DNA from: an uncultured Gammaproteobacteria bacterium
GTDB lineage: Bacteria > Patescibacteriota > Microgenomatia > Levybacterales > GWA1-39-11
DNA length: 64,000 bases
NCBI GenBank assembly: GCA_964472415.1
Contig: CAYYLC010000002.1
Coordinates: 32,470 to 96,469 of the forward strand
Direction: 5' to 3'
Positions 34,306 to 46,166 of this stretch are shown here, one piece after another (the first letter of the stretch is position 1; every line of letters starts with the position of its first letter). The notes beneath the pieces were generated by a model that worked only from the letters and a program-made list of their open reading frames with translations, was not told the origin of the DNA and did no database searches. The translations under genes were made by a program, and so were the position numbers.

Positions 34306-35715
34306 ATGAAGTTTTATATAACAACGGCAATTCCGTATGTAAATGCCAAGCCACACGTCGGTCATGCGCTAGAATTTGTGCAAGCAGATGTTATCGCCCG
34401 ATACCATAGACTCTTAGGTGATGATACAACACTTCTTTCCGGTGGAGATGAGAATGCACTCAAAAATGTCCAGGCAGCAGAACATGCGAATGAAAGCGTA
34501 AAAGCATTCGTAGACAAAAACAGTAAACTATTTGAAAATCTTGCAAAAAATCTCAATGTCCAATTCGATGTATTTCAGAAAGGAAGCGCTCCCTCGCACC
34601 ACAAATCCTCTCAAGAATTCTGGAATCGATGCCTTGAGAATAACGATATCTACAAAAAAACATACACTGGGTTGTACTGTGTCGGATGTGAGGCATTCTA
34701 TGAAAAAAATGAGTTAAATGAAAATGGGGAATGCTTCGAACATCCCGGAAAAAAACTAGAAGAGGTGAGCGAAGAAAACTATTTTTTTAAATTATCTAAC
34801 TATGAAAGAAAACTTATTGAAATTATCGAATCAGGAGAAATCCAAATTATCCCAAACTCGAGAAAAAATGAAGTATTATCATTTCTTAAACAAGGCCTCC
34901 AGGATATCAGCATTAGCAGGAGCAATGAGCGTGCAAAAAACTGGGGAGTACCTGTCCCAAACGATGACTCACAACGAATGTATGTATGGTTTGACGCATT
35001 AAATATTTATAGAAGTGGAGTAGAGGATAGGAGTATTTGGCCAGCAGATGTACATGTAATTGGAAAAGGGATTTTAAGATTTCATGCTATATATTGGCCA
35101 GCATTTTTACTCTCTGCAAAACTCGAGTTACCAAAGACATTATTTGTCCATGGATATTTCACCGTAAATGGGCAAAAAATGTCTAAAACGCTCGGGAATG
35201 TTATTGATCCATTGGAGCTTATTAAAACCTACGGCGTAGATGCACTCCGTTATTATCTCCTCAGCCAGATCCCTTCTACTGAGGATGGTGACTTTTCTGA
35301 AGAAAAACTTAAAACTGTATATAATGCTGATCTTGCAAATGGCCTGGGAAATTTATGTGCACGCATTGCAAAACTATGCGAAACAGCATCTACTTCCCTA
35401 TCTTATGAACAGAAAACTTCCCACAGGCAGGACCTCGAATATAATATAGCACTAGAGAGCTTTGAATTCTCGAAAGCACTTACCAGAGTGAATTCTTACA
35501 TTAAACAGCTTGATGTTGCCATAAATCAGGATGAACCATGGAAAATTACCAATACCGATAAACTGACTCGACGCCTTACCTATTACGTCCTCGAGGTCAT
35601 ACAGATAGCCAAGCTTCTCAGGCCCTTTCTTCCAGAAACATCTGAAAAAATTCTCACTCATTTTACAAAAGAAAAAATCGTTGCAATCGAACCGTTATTT
35701 CCCCGAATTAAATAA
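34306..35715 (+). CDS. metG: Methionyl-tRNA synthetase (short form, no C-terminal tRNA-binding extension)
   Basis: HVGHALEF (HIGH) and KMSKTLGNVIDP (KMSKS). 469 aa. Confidence 0.85.
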   Translation: MKFYITTAIPYVNAKPHVGHALEFVQADVIARYHRLLGDDTTLLSGGDENALKNVQAAEHANESVKAFVDKNSKLFENLAKNLNVQFDVFQKGSAPSHHKSSQEFWNRCLENNDIYKKTYTGLYCVGCEAFYEKNELNENGECFEHPGKKLEEVSEENYFFKLSNYERKLIEIIESGEIQIIPNSRKNEVLSFLKQGLQDISISRSNERAKNWGVPVPNDDSQRMYVWFDALNIYRSGVEDRSIWPADVHVIGKGILRFHAIYWPAFLLSAKLELPKTLFVHGYFTVNGQKMSKTLGNVIDPLELIKTYGVDALRYYLLSQIPSTEDGDFSEEKLKTVYNADLANGLGNLCARIAKLCETASTSLSYEQKTSHRQDLEYNIALESFEFSKALTRVNSYIKQLDVAINQDEPWKITNTDKLTRRLTYYVLEVIQIAKLLRPFLPETSEKILTHFTKEKIVAIEPLFPRIK

Positions 35716-35746
35716 AAAGCCCCCGATACTTCGAGGGCTTTTTTTC
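35714..35746. terminator. Bidirectional rho-independent terminator between metG and hsp20
   Basis: aaaaagcccc-gatacttc-gagggcttttttt: a GC stem flanked by an A-run and a T-run between convergent genes. Confidence 0.6.
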
Positions 35747-35759
35747 AGAAAAGGACGTG

Positions 35760-36194
35760 CTATTTTGTAGCCTTTACCTTTTTCGAAACTTTAATTTTTT
35801 TCGGTTCCTGTTTTTGAACCTTTTTAAAGGTGAGCTTCAAAATGCCATCCTCAAGCTCTGCCTTTGGCTCCTCATCTCGAACAATTCCCTCCGGAACTCG
35901 GAAAGAATAACTAAATGACGTTGCCATAGATGACATAAAATAGCGCCTCTTATCCTTCTCCTCCTGCCTATCTTCAGCGCTTCCAGTTACCCGGACTACC
36001 CCATCCTCAAACGTTATATCTATTCTATCTTCAAGGAGTCCAGGGACTGCTGCTTCTGCAACTACCGTGTCCGCAGTTTCATAAATATTTAAACCTTGGC
36101 CCATCAAGCGAGAGACACCGGGGATTGTAGGGAGATCCCAATCATCTTCAAAAAATCGTTCAATATTCCAAGGATTCCATCGTATGATTGCCAT
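35760..36194 (-). CDS. Hsp20/alpha-crystallin family small heat-shock protein
   Basis: Alpha-crystallin domain (...DGVVRVTGSAE...ILKLTFKK). Start chosen at MAIIRW, preceded by GGAGGTG. Confidence 0.85.
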   Translation of the reverse strand: MAIIRWNPWNIERFFEDDWDLPTIPGVSRLMGQGLNIYETADTVVAEAAVPGLLEDRIDITFEDGVVRVTGSAEDRQEEKDKRRYFMSSMATSFSYSFRVPEGIVRDEEPKAELEDGILKLTFKKVQKQEPKKIKVSKKVKATK

Positions 36195-36288
36195 ATTTTT
36201 CACCTCCTTCCGTTTGTATGTACATTAGCAATGTATCATAATAACTGCTAATTTGTCAACACTTTTATCGTCTGATATCATTATCTTC

Positions 36289-37179
36289 ATGAGAAGAAAG
36301 TTATTGTTTTTACTTGCCGTAATTTTAATTTGCGCTGGTCTATTCCTCTTTGTAAAAATTATTGATTCATTCAAAACTCCTGGAAAAGGAGCGCTTCAAA
36401 TAAAGACAAATATTGCAGGCACTGTATTCCTTAATGGCACGGAAATTGGCACAGCACCTCTTTGTAAATGCAACGAAAGCGATACTATCCCCGCTGGCAT
36501 ATACGACCTACGAATTGAACCTGAAGATAAAACTCTTTCTGCATTTAGCACAAAAATCTCTATTAATGGCGGAGTACTTACTGCAGTAGAACGGACATTC
36601 CTTCCTGGTGCATTCGCAAGCGCATCCATCCTCACTTTGGAAAAAATCAACTCAGAAAATCCAGAGCTTGTTATCACTTCTCTCCCTGATAATGCAATTA
36701 TTACTATCGATAGTGTTTCTCGAGGCGCAACACCCTATAAGGCAACGGACCTCTCAGAATCCGAACATGAGTTAAAAATTAATAAAGAAGGATTCCAAGA
36801 AAAAACAATACAAATTAAGATGATAAAAAATCACAGACTCATAATAGAAGCGTACCTTGGCACCCAAGGAGCTAATGAAAAATTAGAACAAATATCAAAT
36901 CAAGAAGCCACTAGCTCTGCAAGACTCAACGAAGAAAAAGACGACGAAGAAGAACCTACAGAGGACGAAGCAGCAAAAATTCAAATCACTACTATTCTTA
37001 CAACTCCAAACGGATTCCTACGAGTAAGAAGTGGTCCAGGAACGAGCTTTTCCGAAGTAACACGAGTAGATACTGGGGACGAATTTGAATTTATTTCAGA
37101 AAGAAATGCTTGGTATCAAATAAGAATAGATGAAAATACAACAGGCTGGATAAGTAGCCAATTTGCAGAAATTAATTAA
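36289..37179 (+). CDS. Membrane-anchored PEGA-domain protein with C-terminal bacterial SH3 (SH3b) domain
   Basis: TM (LLFLLAVILICAGLFLFV), two PEGA-like beta domains (...GTVFLNGTEIGTAPL...; ...AIITIDSVSRGATPYKATDL...), an acidic linker and an SH3b-like GFLRVRSGPGTSFSEVTRVDTGDEFEFISERNAWYQIRI. Confidence 0.55.
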   Translation: MRRKLLFLLAVILICAGLFLFVKIIDSFKTPGKGALQIKTNIAGTVFLNGTEIGTAPLCKCNESDTIPAGIYDLRIEPEDKTLSAFSTKISINGGVLTAVERTFLPGAFASASILTLEKINSENPELVITSLPDNAIITIDSVSRGATPYKATDLSESEHELKINKEGFQEKTIQIKMIKNHRLIIEAYLGTQGANEKLEQISNQEATSSARLNEEKDDEEEPTEDEAAKIQITTILTTPNGFLRVRSGPGTSFSEVTRVDTGDEFEFISERNAWYQIRIDENTTGWISSQFAEIN

Positions 37180-38129
37180 CCTCCCAGGACATAAATTATA
37201 AATATTACTAACAGTGCCCATGAAATAACTGCCCCCAACAAAGATTTATCCGAAAGAAGCACTCTGTCAGGACTCTCTCCTTCTTTCTTTTCATAAATAT
37301 CTTGAAGATACCGCATAATTCCGTAAATAACCGGAATTATTGTTATCATAAGCCATTTTCGTTTTAATAATTCAAATGGTAAAAATTCTGGCAGTAATAC
37401 ATCGATTTGAATTTCTAAACCTGATGGATTTGCAAGGAAGGTAAACATTGCATAAAACACAAACGTCGAAGTAGCAAAGATTGCTGAAAATGAGCCCAAA
37501 AGCGGTTCTGAATAATGAGATAGGCTCTTGCGAATCTCGTCTACTCGAATATTTTTCGCTCCTTGAAGAAGTGTTAACTCAGACCTCCGCTTCCCTGTTG
37601 CAAGGAAAAGTGATAGTGAGATTGTAGTTAGAAGAAGCCACACAGAAATGTGGAAATTTGAAATTGATGCACCGGCAAGAATTCTTAAGATGTATCCGGA
37701 TGCAATAAATAAAATATCAAATATTGCAATCGACTTAAAAATCAATGAATACAAGAGTTGCAAGAGAAGATACAACAACGCTAACACAAAAAACACAAAC
37801 CCGAGGGAGAAGGAAATAAATAGAGCGGTACTGAGTGTTATCGCAAGAATAATAATCGCTTCAAAAACAGAGACTTTTTTGCTCGCAATAGGGCGATTTT
37901 TTTTAAATGGATGAAGCCTATCTTTATGTACATCGAGTAAATCGTTCACAATGTATGTAGATGAGGAGAGTAAGCAAAATGCGATAAATGCAGTAATTAC
38001 CTGCCAAAAAGATGTCGAATCAAACAGCTGACCAGAAAATGTAATTGCTGCAAAAAGCGCAAGATTCTTTATCCACTGACGCGGTCTCAACAATTTAAAA
38101 ACTGCATACAAATGACTATTCATATTCAT
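37176..38129 (-). CDS. UbiA-family prenyl-phosphate phosphoribosyl/pentosyl transferase, similar to decaprenyl-phosphate phosphoribosyltransferase (DPPR synthase, Rv3806c-like)
   Basis: RPRQWIKN, YIVNDLLDVHKDRLHPFKKNRPIASKKVS and GKRRSEL match the DPPR-synthase signature as recalled from Rv3806c (RPRQWVKN, NDVRDVEADRQHPTKRFRPIAAG, GKRYAEL). About 8 TM helices. Confidence 0.6.
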   Translation of the reverse strand: MNMNSHLYAVFKLLRPRQWIKNLALFAAITFSGQLFDSTSFWQVITAFIAFCLLSSSTYIVNDLLDVHKDRLHPFKKNRPIASKKVSVFEAIIILAITLSTALFISFSLGFVFFVLALLYLLLQLLYSLIFKSIAIFDILFIASGYILRILAGASISNFHISVWLLLTTISLSLFLATGKRRSELTLLQGAKNIRVDEIRKSLSHYSEPLLGSFSAIFATSTFVFYAMFTFLANPSGLEIQIDVLLPEFLPFELLKRKWLMITIIPVIYGIMRYLQDIYEKKEGESPDRVLLSDKSLLGAVISWALLVIFIIYVLGG

Positions 38130-39177
38130 TTTCCTCTTTTGTTATAAACCTCAACATGAAAAAAAGACCACTAAATAAAACGATTAAAAGAATTATAGCA
38201 AATACCTTTCCGCGACTTGATGCACTCAACGCTATGAGTCCCAATACTAAGGACATAAGCCAATAAAATGCTGCAATACTCCGATGCCCCATCCCATATT
38301 CCAAGAGCATATGATGAAGATGCCCTCTATCATGCCAGAATGGAGAACGCTTAGAAAGAATTCTTCGTACTATTGTAAACAAAGCATCAATCGTAGGAAT
38401 TCCCATAACAAGCACTGCTGTCGCAAGTTTTACCCCCGAAGTTATTGATAATACTCCAAGCAAAAAACCTAGTATCGTAGCGCTGTACCCGGGAAAAATT
38501 TTTGCAGGATAAAAATTAAATACTAAAAATCCCAACGCTGCTCCCGCTACAATAAATGAAAATTGGGCGATTTCCATGTTAATAGATTCGATTGGAAAAA
38601 ATCGCAATGACGCTATTCCGATAATGACCGCAGAAATAGCTGCAATCCCCGGCATTTGCCCATCCACTCCCTTACTCCAATTCAACATATTCATCACCCA
38701 AACTATCCATAAAATCGCTAAAATAGATCCTACATGAATAGTAACAGTTCCCAAAGAAAACAGATACATCGTATCAAAATGCAAAATCCCGCCAAACGGA
38801 TTTGTGATAAACGGGATTGAAACACCGGAAAATACAACCAAGGACGCGCAGATAATATTAATAAAAAATCTCAGATACGGAGACGAATCATACTTATCAT
38901 CAAGAAGCCCTGTAATAACAGTTATAAATGAAGCACCGAGAATCGCAAGCGTAAGAGAATTTATCGGAATAAAAACAAAAACGGCAAGAGCAACTGCAAG
39001 AAATATCGGCAGTCCTCCAGCTCGAGGAATTGGTTTTTTATGCAGGATCGCAGGATGTTTATGCCTTTTTGGATCATCGATAAAATCAAATTTTTTTGCA
39101 AAATGGATTGTCGGAGGAACTAACATTATCGTTACCAAGAATGCAACAATGAGCGGTAATAATAATGTAAAATCCAT
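38116..39177 (-). CDS. Polyprenyl-phosphate N-acetylhexosamine-1-phosphate transferase (GT4 family, WecA/MraY-like)
   Basis: MNMLNWSKGVDGQ motif, 10-11 TM helices. It overlaps the UbiA-like gene by 14 nt. Confidence 0.7.
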   Translation of the reverse strand: MDFTLLLPLIVAFLVTIMLVPPTIHFAKKFDFIDDPKRHKHPAILHKKPIPRAGGLPIFLAVALAVFVFIPINSLTLAILGASFITVITGLLDDKYDSSPYLRFFINIICASLVVFSGVSIPFITNPFGGILHFDTMYLFSLGTVTIHVGSILAILWIVWVMNMLNWSKGVDGQMPGIAAISAVIIGIASLRFFPIESINMEIAQFSFIVAGAALGFLVFNFYPAKIFPGYSATILGFLLGVLSITSGVKLATAVLVMGIPTIDALFTIVRRILSKRSPFWHDRGHLHHMLLEYGMGHRSIAAFYWLMSLVLGLIALSASSRGKVFAIILLIVLFSGLFFMLRFITKEENEYE

Positions 39178-39543
39178 CTAATAAATTAAAAATAAAATTT
39201 GTAAATATGCGAATGTCCCCAGTAAGCAAAACAGGAAAGAATTAAATGAAATTATACGAGCGAGAAGGGTAAATTTTTTATAGATTGTTATTACTAATAC
39301 CATATTTATCAGAACAACTGCGAGTACAAAAATCGGGAGTATTATAACCATTTGACCAGAATACAGCCTCATCATTCCCCATGGCATACTGTTAAATAAC
39401 GGGACTAATGGAGGAAGATGTGGGTAAGAAAATACAACCAAACTACTTACTGCAAGTAAAAAAACTGCCGTAAGAGTTGATGAGTAACGTAAAAATTTAT
39501 CCTTATACAGTATGTTAATTTTGCCTTTCATAAATACTTGCAT
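39178..39543 (-). CDS. Small membrane protein (hypothetical)
   Basis: 121 aa with 3-4 TM helices, lying between the GT-C gene and the WecA-like gene. Confidence 0.35.
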   Translation of the reverse strand: MQVFMKGKINILYKDKFLRYSSTLTAVFLLAVSSLVVFSYPHLPPLVPLFNSMPWGMMRLYSGQMVIILPIFVLAVVLINMVLVITIYKKFTLLARIISFNSFLFCLLGTFAYLQILFLIY

Positions 39544-40996
39544 CCGAAATCCTATACTTCAAAGAATAGGACGGAATAATCATATTAAGCTCTTTTGAAT
39601 CCTTAGTTTTTATAATATATCGTGGGTTTTGCTCTAGAACTTTTTCCCTCATAGTATCTATAGCATTATTATAATAGGTTATATGATATGCAACAATATA
39701 CTTCCCTGGAGGGAGAGTTTCAGAGAGCGCATAAATCTGCGCACTATCTGTCCAGACAAAGACCGTTTCACCCTCTTCTTTCAATTCTCTAATAAATCGC
39801 GCAAGCTCATAATCTCGTGGGGTATTACTGTCAAAAAATGCTTGATATTTCCCAATGGGTTTATCATTTGTAATAAAGGCAAAGTAATTCCCATAATACG
39901 AAATTGTTTTTTTATAAATTCCAAAATTAAAATATAGTATCCCAAGAACTCCAAACAACACTATAATTTTCCCTATCCTATTCATGGGGGAATCGATAAT
40001 GTTTCCTATCAACAAGCAAACAGGAATTAGAGACATCAGCACATAATGAAGATAGGCTCGTTGAGAGAAAAATGTACTAAATAATCCAAATGCGAGCCAA
40101 AGAAAAATAAATAATTCTGCCTTTGTCAATTTTTTTCTCCATATATAAATTCCACAAACAACTCCGACTAATATTGCTATCTTGATAAATAAAATACCCA
40201 TAGGAAATACTAAATTATTCCCGGCACCCACATAATCAATATTTTCCGAAAAAACTCCTGACAGAAAATCAGGAAATGCATGTAAAAGGAAAAAGTAAAA
40301 GCCAAATACTCCTAACAGTGAAATAAAACCTACAAAAAACAACAGCTCTGCCTGCATTTTTTTGAAATTCAAAAACTGATGAATTTTTGCAATTTTAAAT
40401 GAAGGATTTTTAAACAAAAAGAGAAATATTATAAACGCGCTAAATTCAAATATCGCAACGATTTTTATAGCAAAAGCAAATGATAAAATTACCCCTGAAA
40501 GCACTATATATATCTCTCTCCTCTTCTCAAGATAAAAAAAGAGGAGGAGTGCAGAGACAAGAATTGGCAAATGCATAATGTTTTCTGCATTTGCAATATT
40601 CCCCTCAATAATTGGAAGACCAAAAAAGAGCGCATATACCGTTGTTGAAACAATGACACTTATTTTTTTCTGAAATATTTTTTTTCCTAAAAAATAAAAC
40701 GCGATTACACTAAGTCCTCCTAGAATAAATGAGAATAGGCGAACAAAAAATTGTTCACCATTAAAAAGAGCGTAAATATAATACAAAAGAGGAGGTTTAT
40801 TATCCCAAATATCTTGATACAAAACCCTACCATCCTGTATCGCTTTTCCAATAACTTGATAAATGCCCTCATCACCATACCAATAGGGCTCGGAAAGTGA
40901 TGGCAGGCGCAATAATCCAAAAATAAGAACACATCCTATCACAAACCACGCATCTTTGTGAGGCTTTACTTCGGCATTAAAAAATCGCTTTAGCAT
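39515..40996 (-). CDS. GT-C superfamily membrane glycosyltransferase (ArnT/PMT-like, GT39/GT83-like)
   Basis: SEPYWYGDEGIYQVIGKAIQDGRVLYQDIWDNKPPLLYY (the DE motif of ArnT/PMT enzymes), about 11 TM helices and a C-terminal soluble domain. Confidence 0.65.
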   Translation of the reverse strand: MLKRFFNAEVKPHKDAWFVIGCVLIFGLLRLPSLSEPYWYGDEGIYQVIGKAIQDGRVLYQDIWDNKPPLLYYIYALFNGEQFFVRLFSFILGGLSVIAFYFLGKKIFQKKISVIVSTTVYALFFGLPIIEGNIANAENIMHLPILVSALLLFFYLEKRREIYIVLSGVILSFAFAIKIVAIFEFSAFIIFLFLFKNPSFKIAKIHQFLNFKKMQAELLFFVGFISLLGVFGFYFFLLHAFPDFLSGVFSENIDYVGAGNNLVFPMGILFIKIAILVGVVCGIYIWRKKLTKAELFIFLWLAFGLFSTFFSQRAYLHYVLMSLIPVCLLIGNIIDSPMNRIGKIIVLFGVLGILYFNFGIYKKTISYYGNYFAFITNDKPIGKYQAFFDSNTPRDYELARFIRELKEEGETVFVWTDSAQIYALSETLPPGKYIVAYHITYYNNAIDTMREKVLEQNPRYIIKTKDSKELNMIIPSYSLKYRISDASIYERQN

Positions 40997-42495
40997 CAGA
41001 CTTTATCAGTAACCTTATACTCCATTCGCTTTCCCAAAATGAGCTGAATATGTGTAAGCAGTGCAGGAAGCGCAGAAAGGAGAAATCCCCCAATAGGCAT
41101 AAATAAAAATTCGAGAGGGAAGAGAAATTGTCGTATCCTTGACTGTTTCGCAAAGCTACTTCTTGACCGCATTGTATAGTCAACATAAATCATCCCCACT
41201 AAAGAAAACAGGCAGAGTGTGAGTATAAACCCAGAGAGTTGGGGGAGCGTATAACCCAAACTTGTCCGAGAAAACACTGGATTCAAAATTACAACTGCAT
41301 TTGCAGAGATTGTAATAATAAACCAATTTACTGGCCATAATATATGATCAATCAATACATTCAATACAAGTAGCGTCTTTCTAAAAAATGGCACTCCTTT
41401 CACCGTCAGATACCATTTCACATAAAGCGCATCGTCAGAAATCCCCCAAGACCAACGCCTCTCCTGATAAAACTTGTTCATAAGACTTTTTACGTATGAA
41501 TGTGACTCAGCTGCATCCATAGACGTTTTCAGAAAAATTGGTTCAACAACCACCCGTCCTTTTGTCCGAAAATATGCCTTGAAAAAAATTCTATAGTCCT
41601 CTGGAATCACATCTGTATCCCAATAATCTAAATCATGAAGCAGCTTAAAAGACAATGAATAGACAGAGTTTGGGATAAGGCGCACCCGCTGTACAAGAAT
41701 TGATGTCCTCCATAAGCTTCCAAAAAATGAGATGATACGAGTAAATGACGGAACTTTCCAGAAATTATTATAATTTACATTTGCTGATTGCCAGAATGTA
41801 TAATGCGGATCTTCTGACTTCAAAAATGCATGCCCAAGATAGGCATAAAACTGCCTATCAAATAATACGTCAGCGTCTACCGAAGAAACAGACATATAAT
41901 CAATATCAATTTCCCTCTTCTGAATAAGCTCCTTGTATGCATCACGCGCGGCATAAGCCTGGTTTGATGATTTTCCTTTTACTTCATGGGGCAAATCAGG
42001 ATGAAGCGTATAATAAAATCCGCCAAATACACTTTTATATTTTCTCTGAAGTTTTTTCGCTTTCTCCTCAACATTATCCTCGCGCTTCTCTAATGCAAGA
42101 TATAGAAACATTCGATCACCAGGAAATGTTTGTTTTTTAATACTTTCTAAAGTAAGAGAAATTTTTTCAATACTCTCTTTATAACTTGGGATTACGATTA
42201 GATGAGTCACCTTCTCAAAATTTGGCAGCTTTTCTGCCTCCTTAAGCCAGTCAATCTTCTCTGCTTTATGGATTTTCCGTGCGGCAATCCATGAAGTAAT
42301 CACTAAATTAACTGATTTATATAGCCAGTACACATCAAAGAAAATAATGAAATATGCAAGCCAAACTGGAAAGAAAAATGATCCCCAAAAAGGAGCTGTT
42401 ACAAAAAAGAGTGCTATGAGCGGAGGAATTATTTCCAAAAGTCGTATTGACTTATTGGGATAACGTTCGAAAAATCGTTCGAAAAAATCATGCAT
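40996..42495 (-). CDS. Processive membrane glycosyltransferase family 2 (QxxRW type, cellulose/chitin-synthase-like)
   Basis: N-terminal TM, GT2 core (LIVIPSYKES; DxD SVDAD; QERRWSWG) and C-terminal TM helices. Confidence 0.7.
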   Translation of the reverse strand: MHDFFERFFERYPNKSIRLLEIIPPLIALFFVTAPFWGSFFFPVWLAYFIIFFDVYWLYKSVNLVITSWIAARKIHKAEKIDWLKEAEKLPNFEKVTHLIVIPSYKESIEKISLTLESIKKQTFPGDRMFLYLALEKREDNVEEKAKKLQRKYKSVFGGFYYTLHPDLPHEVKGKSSNQAYAARDAYKELIQKREIDIDYMSVSSVDADVLFDRQFYAYLGHAFLKSEDPHYTFWQSANVNYNNFWKVPSFTRIISFFGSLWRTSILVQRVRLIPNSVYSLSFKLLHDLDYWDTDVIPEDYRIFFKAYFRTKGRVVVEPIFLKTSMDAAESHSYVKSLMNKFYQERRWSWGISDDALYVKWYLTVKGVPFFRKTLLVLNVLIDHILWPVNWFIITISANAVVILNPVFSRTSLGYTLPQLSGFILTLCLFSLVGMIYVDYTMRSRSSFAKQSRIRQFLFPLEFLFMPIGGFLLSALPALLTHIQLILGKRMEYKVTDKV

Positions 42496-43315
42496 GTTTA
42501 AATGAAAAAAGCTTCTTGCAATTCTCTTCTATTTGTAGGCTCAGCTTATTATAGGTAATCCCCTTTTCCTTTGCAATAAACTCTATGATCAACGGGATAC
42601 TTGCCGGTGTATTCCGTCTCCCCCGAAATGGAACCGGGGATAAAAACGGACTATCGGTTTCTGTAATAATTCGATCCACAGGAACAAAGTGTACAAGGTC
42701 AACTAGCGCCGTGTTTTCTTTTGGCGGAATACCACCATACGTAATATTTCCATCAAATCCCACATAAAATCCTGCATCTAATACTTTTTTCGTAAACTCA
42801 ATATTTCCTGAAAAACAGTGAAACATCCCTGGCGGATTTTGAAAATCTTTTTTGTAATCCAGCAAGATCCGTAGTGTATCATCCCACGCAAGGCGATTAT
42901 GAATCTGGAGTGGTAATTTCAGCTTGAGAGAAAGCTCAATTTGTTTTCGAAATGCTTCTTCCTGTAATTTTTTTTCAACAATTCCATTAGATTTGTAAGA
43001 AAAATAATCCATACCGATTTCTCCAATTCCCACCACCTTTGGATGTTTTGCAAGCTTTTCAAGCTCAGAAAGCCAATTCGTATGAAGCTCTCCTTCGAAT
43101 TCAACATCAGTCTTATCAGCATGATGCGGATGAATTCCAACGATTGCATATAGATTCTCGTACTGCTCAGAAAGCTCTACCGCACGACGAGATGAAGGTA
43201 TTGATGTTCCAGTATTAATAATTGTAGTTACGCCTGCATTAAGCGCGTCTTTTATTACCGCATCATAATCATCGTCAAATTTATGCAGGTTTAAATGGCA
43301 ATGCGCGTCAATCAT
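42488..43315 (-). CDS. tatD: TatD-family metal-dependent hydrolase/DNase
   Basis: MIDAHCHLN...AIVGIHPHHA...GEIGMDY... Confidence 0.8.
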   Translation of the reverse strand: MIDAHCHLNLHKFDDDYDAVIKDALNAGVTTIINTGTSIPSSRRAVELSEQYENLYAIVGIHPHHADKTDVEFEGELHTNWLSELEKLAKHPKVVGIGEIGMDYFSYKSNGIVEKKLQEEAFRKQIELSLKLKLPLQIHNRLAWDDTLRILLDYKKDFQNPPGMFHCFSGNIEFTKKVLDAGFYVGFDGNITYGGIPPKENTALVDLVHFVPVDRIITETDSPFLSPVPFRGRRNTPASIPLIIEFIAKEKGITYNKLSLQIEENCKKLFSFKHA

Positions 43316-43354
43316 GGTATTTATACTATATTTGTAATAAGCTTATGAGAATCG

Positions 43355-44005
43355 ATGGATTTTTTTTCACTCATTTTTGTCATAGTGCCCATTTTCATAG
43401 GCTTGACAATTATAGTAAAAATATACCAACTATCAAGCAAACGCTCTCAAACAAATATTCAGGAACATCAAGAAGATAAACAAGAATTTTATACTGACCG
43501 TCCGCGACCAGTTCGCAAACTAGAACACGAAGAAATTGAATTCCTTCAGAGACACCAAGGAAAACATATAATGCCGGAATGGATACGATATAGTCTTATT
43601 ATTGTCCTCATGATATGCTTTCTCTATCTCATCCCTGCTTCATTATTTTTTGTTCTTTTCGCTTCACAGATTTATCAAGCGTTGGGTATAGCTCCATTTT
43701 TTATACTCCCTGTCACTTTTGCTTGCTTAATATTTTTTATATACATAATTTTCTTTCGTCATGATAAATATCGATTTGATCTATATGCTCCTGTTTTTGG
43801 CACAACAGGAAAATCCAATCACTTCATTGATAAAAATAAAAAGCCATATCTCATAACCGTTCGAGAAGTTCCAATTAGCAAATATTATGAAAAAAAGCTC
43901 TTTCGCGACCTCATATCATATCCAGAGGGAACAGATATTTACGTAGAATACAGCCCCCATTCAAAAAAGGTTTGGAGTGCTAAAGTAGTAAACAGGAGAG
44001 AGTAA
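43355..44005 (+). CDS. Hypothetical membrane protein
   Basis: Three TM helices and no recognisable motif. Confidence 0.35.
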   Translation: MDFFSLIFVIVPIFIGLTIIVKIYQLSSKRSQTNIQEHQEDKQEFYTDRPRPVRKLEHEEIEFLQRHQGKHIMPEWIRYSLIIVLMICFLYLIPASLFFVLFASQIYQALGIAPFFILPVTFACLIFFIYIIFFRHDKYRFDLYAPVFGTTGKSNHFIDKNKKPYLITVREVPISKYYEKKLFRDLISYPEGTDIYVEYSPHSKKVWSAKVVNRRE

Positions 44006-44020
44006 CCAACATATGGGGAT

Positions 44021-45700
<1,680 letters not shown>

Positions 45701-45723
45701 TTAATAAATATCAAACACCACCG

Positions 45724-46035
45724 TTATTGAACGATGGCAAGTATATCTTTTTGTTCGACGATTGTCCATTCTTCGTTGCCAACCTTTATCTCATTCCCGC
45801 CCCACTTTTTATACATCACCTTATCTCCTGCTTTAACGAGCATAGAATCTTTCATGATCTTCCCTTCATTAAGCTCTCCGTCTCCCACAGCCATAACAAG
45901 CCCCGTCTGTGGTTTTTCTTTTGCAGTATCAGGAAGAATTATTCCTCCAGCAGTTTTTGCTTCTGCCTCAAGAGGTTTAATAAGTACATTTGAAAAGAGT
46001 GGTTTTATTGTTGATGTCGCACTGTTTTTTGCCAT
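45724..46035 (-). CDS. groS: Co-chaperonin GroES (Hsp10)
   Basis: IKPLEAEAKTAGGIILPDTAKEKPQTGLVMAVGDG. It lies immediately upstream of groEL. Confidence 0.9.
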   Translation of the reverse strand: MAKNSATSTIKPLFSNVLIKPLEAEAKTAGGIILPDTAKEKPQTGLVMAVGDGELNEGKIMKDSMLVKAGDKVMYKKWGGNEIKVGNEEWTIVEQKDILAIVQ

Positions 46036-46166
46036 AGTATCAATGTAAATCTATTATTGAATTCGAAAAAAGTTTACAACAGCACTGTCAGTTTGTCAAG
46101 TCTTCTGCTAAGATAATTTCATATTATTTATTGACATTGATCTTTATATTGACTACGCTGAAATAG

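Noticed and set aside
46078-46113. CIRCE operator upstream of groES
   Set aside because: The half-sites are recognisable, but the spacer is about 15-18 nt instead of 9, so it is not called as a canonical CIRCE. It is kept only as a finding.
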